Below, piece after piece: positions 1-8,272 of a stretch of 34,517 bases of DNA. Position numbers and translations under genes: made by a program. The first letter of the stretch is position 1. Each line of letters starts with the position of its first letter. This DNA comes from Bacteroidales bacterium (lineage in GTDB: Bacteria; Bacteroidota; Bacteroidia; Bacteroidales; CAIWKO01), in assembly GCA_035389045.1 (NCBI GenBank), contig DAOORA010000051.1:1-34517 (forward strand). Reading direction: 5' to 3'. The notes below the pieces were generated by a model that did not search any database, was not told the origin of the DNA, and worked only from the letters and a program-made list of their open reading frames with translations.

Positions 1-2
1 GG

Positions 3-809
3 ATTAATAGCCGTAAAGGGGTATTTCCTCATGGTATATTTCCGACCAAAAAATATTCGTTATTATATGAATTGGGCAAGACTGAGGGTTTTGGCAAAAG
101 CCTGACGCTGAAATGTCCGTATTATCTTCATGGAAAATACAATTGTGCCTTATGGAAGTATCGCGAAGCCGTTTGCGCCACATGGTTTTGTAAGCATGTG
201 GCACAGCAATCGGGGCGCTTGTTCTGGGATTCAGTCACAAAATGTATGAGGTATATCGAAGAAAGCCTGATAGCGTATGTATTAATATGTGAAAACCTTC
301 CATTAGAACATCCTTATGGCGAGAATAAAAATATATCTTATGAGGACCTGGATGATCTGCCTATGAAAAAGGAAGAGTACCTGTATCGCTGGGGTAAATG
401 GGCCGGGATGGAAGAACAATTTTATATCAGGGCATATGAACATGTTGCATGCCTTACAAAGGAAGCATTTTCAGACCTTATGGGAATAAATTTCCAGGTG
501 CTTCTTACTGAATTGAAAGAAAGGCTTAATACCATGATGGAAATACCCGAGATGATGATCGCCGACAAATTCCGGATAATGCCGGTAATTGATAATAAAT
601 ATTATTGTATACATCTGAAGACATGGATAGAACGAAATGATATGTATATTACCCATGCAATGAATTTTCCGGCCATAATAATTGATTTATTTGACGGTAC
701 CCGCACCACCAGTGAAATTGTGCAAATACTAAAGGAAAAGTATGAAATTGATCTTGGAGAAGACATTCTTATAGCCCTGTATCAATATGGAATTCTGAAA
801 AAAATATAA
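3..809 (+). CDS. 5'-truncated Cys-cluster protein (YkgJ/CxxCxxCC-like) with a C-terminal PqqD/RRE-like winged helix
   Basis: The frame is open from position 3 (INSRKGVFPHG...), so the true start lies upstream of the window. Motif CPYY..KYNCALWKYREAVCATWFC; C-terminal IIDLFDGTRTTSEIVQILKEKYEI...LYQYGIL. Confidence 0.6.
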   Translation: MNSRKGVFPHGIFPTKKYSLLYELGKTEGFGKSLTLKCPYYLHGKYNCALWKYREAVCATWFCKHVAQQSGRLFWDSVTKCMRYIEESLIAYVLICENLPLEHPYGENKNISYEDLDDLPMKKEEYLYRWGKWAGMEEQFYIRAYEHVACLTKEAFSDLMGINFQVLLTELKERLNTMMEIPEMMIADKFRIMPVIDNKYYCIHLKTWIERNDMYITHAMNFPAIIIDLFDGTRTTSEIVQILKEKYEIDLGEDILIALYQYGILKKI

Positions 810-910
810 TAAATCTGATTTCTGAAAAAATATATATTTTTGACAACCACATATATTTTTTATTCGTATAAAAAATGCCATTTATTATATAAATTATTAA
901 TATTAATTTC

Positions 911-930
911 GCAAAATGTTATAATTTTGC
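911..930 (+). promoter_or_regulatory. Bacteroidota -7 promoter element (TAATTTTG, 922-929) inside the palindrome GCAAAAT-N6-ATTTTGC
   Basis: Matches the TAnnTTTG consensus, about 225 bp upstream of the adhesin start codon. Confidence 0.45.
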
Positions 931-1154
931 AGGCACTGAAGATAAAATTTGTTTTATTTATTTTAAACTCTTGTTGGTTACTAAAGTTAGATTGATATGG
1001 AGTTTGAAGAAGTCCAATTGTGCATGTACTTTGAACTTCAATAGCTACTCTATATGGTACAACCAGTATAAATTCAAATTTTGTTCCGGACTTATTTCGA
1101 TAAAGTATTGATATTAAATGATAGTATTATAATGAATACATTAAAATAAATGAT

Positions 1155-4100
1155 ATGAAAAGATTTATTTTTTTCTTTATGTTGATTTTTTTCTGGATAA
1201 CGGCAAAATCCCAGACAGCTACCATACAAACAGTGGCGGGAGTTATTCCGGGCGGATCCGTTGCTGTTGATATTACCCTGACAGATTTCAGTCCTGACAG
1301 TTTGTCCAGCTTTCAGTTTACGATACAATTTGATTCAAACTATCTTAAATATACAGGTATAACCAACTGGGCGCCTGGCATAACCGCTGTAGGAGTACAA
1401 TTATATAATTATGGTTCCATCACAGCCATAACATTTGTATGGGGTGACGTTCCGGTATATGTAGACGGGCTGCTTTGCAATATGAATTTTATTTACAAAT
1501 CGCCGGCAAGCGGTTGTCACTCTGTTACATGGTCTGATACACCTACTTCACGATTATTTGGTGATCAGGATTATAATGTGTTTTCTGTAACCTATGTGGA
1601 TGGGCTGGTTTGCCCCTGTATTCCTGTATCCATATTGGTCCATCCGGCAAATCAAAACATTTGCGCCGATTATGAAAGCGCCACATTTTCGACGGTAGTC
1701 AGTGGCGATGTTCCAATCAATTATCAATGGCAATATTACAACGGCATGAGCTGGAACAACGTTGTGGACGGGATGCCTGCAGGCGCTGTATATACCAATG
1801 ATACTGCTGCTTCAATGACAGTTAGCGGAGCTAGCTTGGCAGGGACTTATGAATACAGATGTTATGTGTCAAACTGTGCTGGAATTAATTATGACATTTC
1901 AAATATTGCCAGACTATATGTTAAACCAAGGCCGGCAACTCCCATTTTAGACAGTATTTCACAGCCAACCTGTACGTTGTCTACAGGAACTGTTTTTCTG
2001 AGTAATCTGCCTTCGGGCAACTGGGCTGTTACAAGAAATCCGAGTGGTATAACAACAACCGGTACCGGTCCTGTCACTTCAATATCAGGTATTCCATCCG
2101 CGACATATTCCTTTACAGTTATGGATTTAGCTAATGGTTGCCGGTCTGTTCCGCTAACGCCTGTGGTTATCAATGTTCAACCGCCAACGCCTTTGCCGCC
2201 GACGGTAGGGACAATAACTCAAGCAAGCTGCACCCAGGCCACAGGTAGTGCAGCATTTTCCAACCTGCCATCAACCGGAACCTGGACGCTGACGAGAACA
2301 CCGGGAGGAATCATCACCACGGGAACCGGCACTTCTACCATTGTAACCGGAATACCGGCAGGAGGAACCTATACCTATGTCGTGACGCTGGGTCCATGTT
2401 CATCAACGCCCTCGGCGCCGGTTACAATAAATGCTCAGCCTGTTGTACCATCGGCTCCGATAACGGGCGTAATCACTCAACCTACCTGTACCACAGCAAC
2501 AGGTAGTGTTGCATTAAGCGGTTTGCCTTCCGCGCCATGGACAGCAACAGCAACACCCGGAGGGTCAACGATAACAGGGTCTTCACCAACGACAACGTTT
2601 TCGGGCTTGGCAGCCAGTACCACCTATACTTTTACAGTAACTCTGACGGCTTCGGGATGTACGTCAGTATTGTCAACTCCAGCAGTAATAAACGCCCAGC
2701 CGGTTACACCATCTGCACCGATAGTTGGTACGATAACCCAACCAACCTGTGCAACAGCCACAGGCAGTGTGGCATTAGGCGGTTTGCCTTCCACACCTTG
2801 GACCGTATCAGCAACACCCGGCGGGTCAACGATAACAGGGTCCTCGCCAACGGCAACATTTTCGGGCTTGACAGCCAATACCACCTATACTTTTACAGTA
2901 ACTCTGACGGCCTCTGGATGTACATCATCATCTTCCACTAGTGCGGTAATAAATGCCCAACCGGTTGTGCCATCTGTCCCGGTAATAGGCACCATAACCC
3001 AGCCAAGCTGTGCCACGGCAACGGGTACTGTGGCCTTAAGCGGCCTGCCTTCCACTGCCTGGACAGTAACAGCCACTCCCGGGGGGGCAGCAATCAACGG
3101 AACCTCACCAACAACCACTTTTTCAGGATTGGCAGCCAATACTACCTATACTTTTACCGTGACACTGACTTCTTCGGGATGTACGTCAACATCGTCAACC
3201 GATGCTTCAATTAATGCCCAGCCGGTTACACCGTCCGCACCGATAGTTGGCACTATTACGCAACCAACCTGTTCAACAGCTACAGGAAGTGTCGCTTTAA
3301 GCGGGTTGCCATCATCATCATGGACTGTCACCGCTATTCCCGGAGGAGCAACCATAACAGGTTCTTCACCAACTGCTACTTTTTCAGGATTATCAGCCAA
3401 CACGTATACATTTACGGTGACGTTAATATCTTCCGGATGCACTTCAGCCCCGTCGACAAGTGCGACAATCAATACCCAGCCGCTGGTGCCCACTGCACCT
3501 GTTATCGGAACAATTATTCAACCCACCTGTACCACTGCGACAGGTTCGGTATTGTTAAGCGGCTTGCCGTCAACACTTTGGACCGTAGTTGCTATGCCCG
3601 GAGGAACCACACTCGTGGGGTCTTCGTCATCAGCTACTTTTACCGGGCTGCCTGCTAATAACACCTATACTTTTACCGTGACACTGACATCTTCAGGTTG
3701 TAGTTCTGCTACTTCGACCGGTGCAACTATCAATGCGCAGCCGCTGGCGCCGTCAGCACCGCTGATTGGAGTGGTCACTCAGCCAACGTGCAATACACCC
3801 ACGGGAACAGTAGCTTTGAGCGGTTTGCCCGCCACAGCATGGACGGTAACCGCAACTCCGGGTGGCACCACTATTACAGGCTCTTCAACAACAGCAAGCT
3901 TTTCAGGACTGGCAGCCAATACGAGTTATACATTTACGGTTACGCTAATTTCTAATGGTTGCACTTCCGATGAGTCGACACCAGCAATGATCAATGCACA
4001 ACCAGCCACACCGGTGGCTCCGGTACCGGGCGCCATCACTCAGCCCACTTGCACTACGCCAACCGGAACCGTGGTGTTAGGTGGTCTACCTGCCACATCA

Positions 4101-6320
4101 TGGACCGTGACCGCCATACCGGGTGGTGCAACCATTACCGGAACAGCGGGGACAGCTACTTTTTCAGGATTGTCGCCCAATACAACCTATACTTTTACGG
4201 TGACCCTGGCTTTATCAGGATGTACCTCTTTACCATCAGCAACAGTGACCATTTTTGCCCCGCCGATCATACCTTCGGCGCCTATAGTTGGAACGGTGAC
4301 GCAGCCCACTTGTATCTCAGCAACAGGAGCCGTAATGTTAAGCGGATTACCCTCAGCGCCATGGACTGTGACGGCCAGCCCGGGCGGTGCAATAATAACA
4401 GGATCATCCACCACCGCCACCTTTTCAGGCCTTGCAGCCAATACCACTTATACCTTTACGGTTACTTTAAATTCTACCGGCTGCACTTCTCTTGCCTCAC
4501 CCAGCGTTGCAATCAATGCCCAGCCGGTAACCCCTTCGGCTCCGGTAACAGGAACGGTCACCCAGCCGACCTGTATTGTATCGACCGGAAGTGTATTATT
4601 AAGTGGGTTGCCAACAACGCCATGGATACTTACCGCTTCGCCGGGTGGCACCACAATAACAGGCTCATCATCAACCGCTGCTTTTTCAGGATTGGCGGCC
4701 AATACTACCTATACCTTTACCGTCACCCTGACTTCTTCAGGATGTACTTCCGCATCTTCGACCAGTGTCACAATCAATGCCCAGCCGGTTACACCTTCAG
4801 CGCCTGTTGTTGGAATTGTAACCCAGCCCACATGTGCTACACCTACAGGATCTGTTATTTTGAGCGGGTTGCCGGCCAGTCCATGGGTTGTGACAGCCAT
4901 ACCGGGCGGCGCCACTATAACGGGGTCAGCAACTACTGCGACCTTTTCAGGATTAAACGCCAATACTACTTACACGTTTACTGTTACTTTAATCTCATCT
5001 GGATGCACTTCTGTGTCTTCAACCAGTGCAACGATCAATGTTCAGCCGTTAGTACCCGCAATACCGATAATTGGAGCAACTACACAACCAACCTGTTCCT
5101 CAGCGACAGGGGCGGTAGAATTAAGCGGTTTGCCCGCCTCCCAATGGATAATAACAGCATCGCCGGGCGGAATGACCATGACGGGCACATCATCTACAGC
5201 AACCTTTCATGGGTTGTCAGCAAATACCAGCTATACCTTTACTGTGACACTGGCTTCATCAGGTTGTACATCCGGCACTTCTGCAACGGTGACTATCAAT
5301 GCCCAGCCGGAAACACCCAATATCCAAGATCAAAATACATCAATATTATCTGGGCAGACTTTTACAGTTACCCCCGGTGCTGTACCTGTGGGGACTACCT
5401 ACACTTGGACTGCGCCCACCTATACCAACGGGGTGAATGGTGGCAGTGCCCAAACAAACCCTCAGACAAATATCAGCGGAACTCTGTTTATCCCATCAGG
5501 AACCGGAACGGCTGTTTACACCGTAACTCCAACGAGCGGTACTTGTGTTGGTCAGCCATTCACAGTTACAGTGACTGTTACTTCTGTGATGCACATTATT
5601 GATATTGTCCCGGATCATGACACTGTTTGCCAGGGAGATAGTATTCATCTCAGTATGACCGTATTGGGCGGTAATCCCCCATACTCATTTACCTGGTCAG
5701 GGACAGGTTTATATGACCATACAGTTCAAAATCCTGTGGCATTGCCGGTTGCAGGAACAAATATTTATACAGTGACTGTTTCCGACGGAACTACCACCAT
5801 AGATACCAGCATAAGTGTTTTTGTTCACAGCATTTCTTTTGACACGTTGTATTTTGACTGTGACACATATACGGCAACCGCCCTGCCGGATGGATGGGTG
5901 TCATATGAATTTTTGCTGAACAATGTCAGCATGCAGGAAAGTGATATTAATACCTATTATTCATCATCTGTAGTTAATTTTGATAGTATTACTGTGATAG
6001 CAACAGATCAGAATGGATGTTCAGCCACAGCTTCGGTGATTGTCAGCTGCCTGGATGATATTGAGTTTCCGTCCGCGTTTACGCCCAATGGTGATAGATA
6101 TAATGATGAATTTCCCACAGACAATTTTCCTTTAAAAAATTATGAACTAAAGGTGTTTGACCGTTGGGGGCTGTTGCTTTACAGCGGGCAGACCGGATGG
6201 GACGGCACATATAAAGGGAAATTACTGCCACCGGCAACTTACTATTACAGGGCAATTATTAAAAACCCCAACGGTACTGAAACGGAAAGAATAGGATCCA
6301 TAACTCTTATTAAATATTAA
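1155..6320 (+). CDS. Large T9SS-secreted adhesin-like protein: signal peptide, cohesin-like domain, Ig domain, 13 Thr/Ser-rich repeats, PKD-like domains, type-B (gliding-motility-associated) CTD
   Basis: 1721-aa ORF with signal MKRFIFFFMLIFFWITAKSQ. The C-terminus FPSAFTPNGDRYNDEF...KVFDRWGLLLY...WDGTYKGKLLPPATYYY is a type-B CTD, and a porP/sprF gene follows directly. Confidence 0.9.
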   Translation: MKRFIFFFMLIFFWITAKSQTATIQTVAGVIPGGSVAVDITLTDFSPDSLSSFQFTIQFDSNYLKYTGITNWAPGITAVGVQLYNYGSITAITFVWGDVPVYVDGLLCNMNFIYKSPASGCHSVTWSDTPTSRLFGDQDYNVFSVTYVDGLVCPCIPVSILVHPANQNICADYESATFSTVVSGDVPINYQWQYYNGMSWNNVVDGMPAGAVYTNDTAASMTVSGASLAGTYEYRCYVSNCAGINYDISNIARLYVKPRPATPILDSISQPTCTLSTGTVFLSNLPSGNWAVTRNPSGITTTGTGPVTSISGIPSATYSFTVMDLANGCRSVPLTPVVINVQPPTPLPPTVGTITQASCTQATGSAAFSNLPSTGTWTLTRTPGGIITTGTGTSTIVTGIPAGGTYTYVVTLGPCSSTPSAPVTINAQPVVPSAPITGVITQPTCTTATGSVALSGLPSAPWTATATPGGSTITGSSPTTTFSGLAASTTYTFTVTLTASGCTSVLSTPAVINAQPVTPSAPIVGTITQPTCATATGSVALGGLPSTPWTVSATPGGSTITGSSPTATFSGLTANTTYTFTVTLTASGCTSSSSTSAVINAQPVVPSVPVIGTITQPSCATATGTVALSGLPSTAWTVTATPGGAAINGTSPTTTFSGLAANTTYTFTVTLTSSGCTSTSSTDASINAQPVTPSAPIVGTITQPTCSTATGSVALSGLPSSSWTVTAIPGGATITGSSPTATFSGLSANTYTFTVTLISSGCTSAPSTSATINTQPLVPTAPVIGTIIQPTCTTATGSVLLSGLPSTLWTVVAMPGGTTLVGSSSSATFTGLPANNTYTFTVTLTSSGCSSATSTGATINAQPLAPSAPLIGVVTQPTCNTPTGTVALSGLPATAWTVTATPGGTTITGSSTTASFSGLAANTSYTFTVTLISNGCTSDESTPAMINAQPATPVAPVPGAITQPTCTTPTGTVVLGGLPATSWTVTAIPGGATITGTAGTATFSGLSPNTTYTFTVTLALSGCTSLPSATVTIFAPPIIPSAPIVGTVTQPTCISATGAVMLSGLPSAPWTVTASPGGAIITGSSTTATFSGLAANTTYTFTVTLNSTGCTSLASPSVAINAQPVTPSAPVTGTVTQPTCIVSTGSVLLSGLPTTPWILTASPGGTTITGSSSTAAFSGLAANTTYTFTVTLTSSGCTSASSTSVTINAQPVTPSAPVVGIVTQPTCATPTGSVILSGLPASPWVVTAIPGGATITGSATTATFSGLNANTTYTFTVTLISSGCTSVSSTSATINVQPLVPAIPIIGATTQPTCSSATGAVELSGLPASQWIITASPGGMTMTGTSSTATFHGLSANTSYTFTVTLASSGCTSGTSATVTINAQPETPNIQDQNTSILSGQTFTVTPGAVPVGTTYTWTAPTYTNGVNGGSAQTNPQTNISGTLFIPSGTGTAVYTVTPTSGTCVGQPFTVTVTVTSVMHIIDIVPDHDTVCQGDSIHLSMTVLGGNPPYSFTWSGTGLYDHTVQNPVALPVAGTNIYTVTVSDGTTTIDTSISVFVHSISFDTLYFDCDTYTATALPDGWVSYEFLLNNVSMQESDINTYYSSSVVNFDSITVIATDQNGCSATASVIVSCLDDIEFPSAFTPNGDRYNDEFPTDNFPLKNYELKVFDRWGLLLYSGQTGWDGTYKGKLLPPATYYYRAIIKNPNGTETERIGSITLIKY
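1930..5310 (+). repeat. 13 intragenic tandem repeats of about 258-261 bp (86-87 aa)
   Basis: The unit (I/V)TQPTC..ATGSV.LSGLP...WTVTA.PGG..ITG....TFSGL.ANTTYTFTVTL..SGCTS....INAQP recurs with QP(T/S)C-type motifs near 1962, 2220, 2478, 2739, 3000, 3261, 3519, 3780, 4041, 4302, 4563, 4824 and 5085. Confidence 0.95.
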
Positions 6321-6351
6321 TACATTTTGCAAACATTTAATATGCGATAAT

Positions 6352-7257
6352 ATGAAAAAAATAATTTTAATATTGAGTATTCTGGCTATTACAGGCGCTG
6401 CTTTTGCTCAAAACGATATTCAGCTCAGCCAGCAGATAAATAACAGGATCGTATTTAATCCTGCAGCTACGGGACAATCCGGATGCTATAATTTTACCCT
6501 GCTTGACAGGGAGCAATGGACCGGCATAAAAGACGGGCCTTCGACACAACTTTTCAACTTTAATAAATACTTTAAAACGACAAAATTAGGTATAGGGCTT
6601 ACAATGATCTATGACCGGCTTGGCGTTGAAAAGTCTTTGAATGTAAAAGCCTCATTGGCCTATCATGCCTGGCTGACCGATAAGATGGTGCTATCGTTTG
6701 GGCTGGGTGCTGGTATTCTGAATAAATCTTTGGATGGCGCCACGCTCACTTACGAGGACCCAACGGATCCCTATGCCCTGATTGTCAAAAAAAGTAAACT
6801 TATGCCTGATTTTGATTTTGGCATTGAATATAACTGGCTGGGTTTAAATATTGGCGCTTCTGCTACACACTTAGTCACTTCAATAAAAAAATCATCCAGT
6901 TTCAAGGTGCCCAGACATTATTATGCCTATGCAAAATATGCTATCAGGGTGTCACCTTCAGTGGAGATCATTCCTGCCTTATCCTGGAACAACTTAGGTA
7001 AAGTTCATATGATTGAAATCAATACCATGGTTGGTTATAAAGACCGGTTTACGGCCGGACTTTCATACAGAGTCAACGATGCGCTTGTTATTATTGCAGG
7101 TGTAAAATTAATCGACCAGGTTCGCCTGTCATATTCTTATGATATAAAAATGGGCAGCCTGAAATTCGGTTCAACAAAAGGCAGCCACGAAGTAATGCTT
7201 TTATGCCGTTTCGGATGCAATGACCAGGGGGCATTACACCCACGCTTTTTTAACTGA
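6352..7257 (+). CDS. porP: Type IX secretion system membrane protein, PorP/SprF family
   Basis: AQNDIQLSQ...FNPAATG...REQWTGIKDGPST, YSYD and GSHEVML motifs; 301 aa; directly downstream of a type-B-CTD gene. Confidence 0.9.
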   Translation: MKKIILILSILAITGAAFAQNDIQLSQQINNRIVFNPAATGQSGCYNFTLLDREQWTGIKDGPSTQLFNFNKYFKTTKLGIGLTMIYDRLGVEKSLNVKASLAYHAWLTDKMVLSFGLGAGILNKSLDGATLTYEDPTDPYALIVKKSKLMPDFDFGIEYNWLGLNIGASATHLVTSIKKSSSFKVPRHYYAYAKYAIRVSPSVEIIPALSWNNLGKVHMIEINTMVGYKDRFTAGLSYRVNDALVIIAGVKLIDQVRLSYSYDIKMGSLKFGSTKGSHEVMLLCRFGCNDQGALHPRFFN

Positions 7258-7588
7258 TATTGGAAAACAGATAAGATGGATATTTGTCATAGACCATGAG
7301 TGAATTCATTTGCCTGAAATGTGTTTTTTGTGGGTTAAAGGGATAACAAAAACTCGGGGTTCATATGCCTTAGACGGTATTATTGTTTTCTTCGGGCTTC
7401 AAAGAGTAAATAAAAAACATGTGCTGGGCGAATATAAACACCTCATTATCTTTATTTTACATAGAAAAAATCAAAGTGCTTTCAAGAGAATTATGCTTTA
7501 TGATGATAATGAGTTTTCATTCAAATACGATTACTTTGGTATTGCAGATTGTTCACAGATAGTGGCAAATGTTAATCTTTCTCCTACA

Positions 7589-7620
7589 CTTGACTTACAT
7601 GAAAATATTCCGTATTTTTG
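7589..7620 (+). promoter_or_regulatory. Putative Bacteroidota sigma-A promoter
   Basis: CTTG (7589-7592), a 20-nt spacer, then TATTTTTG (7613-7620), ending 25 bp before the ATG at 7646. Confidence 0.4.
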
Positions 7621-7645
7621 ATATGATAATTTTAAATAAACACAT

Positions 7646-8191
7646 ATGAAAGCTCTTAAAATCAAGATGGTTGCATTGTTACTGGTTTTTATCACCTGCG
7701 CAGGTTTTATTTCTTGGAACAGGGAAGAAGAAGCCAGATATCTTACCAGCAGAACAGCTATTGTAACAGACAAATGTTTTATCAACTTCATGAAAAGCAT
7801 GAATGATCTGGGGGCGATATATTATATTCCCGACAACAAACTTGAGAAAGGTAAGGAACTCGGATTAGCGCCAAAAGAAAAAAGCGCCGGTCAGACAGAA
7901 GCCTTTGATGTGTTTTTATCCTTCGATCAGATTGTGCCGGTTGTGCGTTCCAATGACGAATGTTCAAAGAAAGTCAGGCTTGCCCTTGAAGATCTTGGAA
8001 TGATCATTTTTGTTGATAAAAAGAAATCAGATCAGTATTCTAAGTATGGTGTTCAGAAGACGGAATTTAAGCATGAAGGATTAAGATTTAAAGTAGAGGG
8101 AAAACTGATGCCTGCGGATAAGATGTTTATTAAAATTGGGAACAACACTACCGTCACAATGCTTCCTATGTCCTGGTCGTGGGGGCTGTAA
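7646..8191 (+). CDS. Hypothetical exported or membrane-anchored protein
   Basis: 181-aa ORF with ATG start and N-terminal hydrophobic segment (MVALLLVFITCAGFISW), co-oriented with its neighbours. No family recognised. Confidence 0.75.
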   Translation: MKALKIKMVALLLVFITCAGFISWNREEEARYLTSRTAIVTDKCFINFMKSMNDLGAIYYIPDNKLEKGKELGLAPKEKSAGQTEAFDVFLSFDQIVPVVRSNDECSKKVRLALEDLGMIIFVDKKKSDQYSKYGVQKTEFKHEGLRFKVEGKLMPADKMFIKIGNNTTVTMLPMSWSWGL

Positions 8192-8272
8192 ACATTTATT
8201 GATGCATGATCAAACATTACTTACCATTTTCTGTATAGCTCAAATTGTTTTAACAAAAGGAGAATTAAAAAT

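Noticed and set aside
1889..4963. Series of ~85-aa antisense ORFs with 261-bp periodicity
   Set aside because: Reverse-strand echoes of the repeats, not independent genes.
1930..5310. Possible CRISPR array or DGR template
   Set aside because: The repeats are in-frame, 261 bp long and diverged with no spacers; no cas or reverse transcriptase gene is present.
4049..5602. 517-aa alternative-frame ORF inside the adhesin
   Set aside because: Shadow of the Thr/Ser/Ala/Gly-rich repeat codons; its composition (Cys/His/Arg/Tyr-rich) is unnatural and its periodicity mirrors the main frame.
7310..7621. 103-aa ORF between porP and the hypothetical gene
   Set aside because: TTG start, no recognisable motif, and it overlaps the predicted promoter of 7646.
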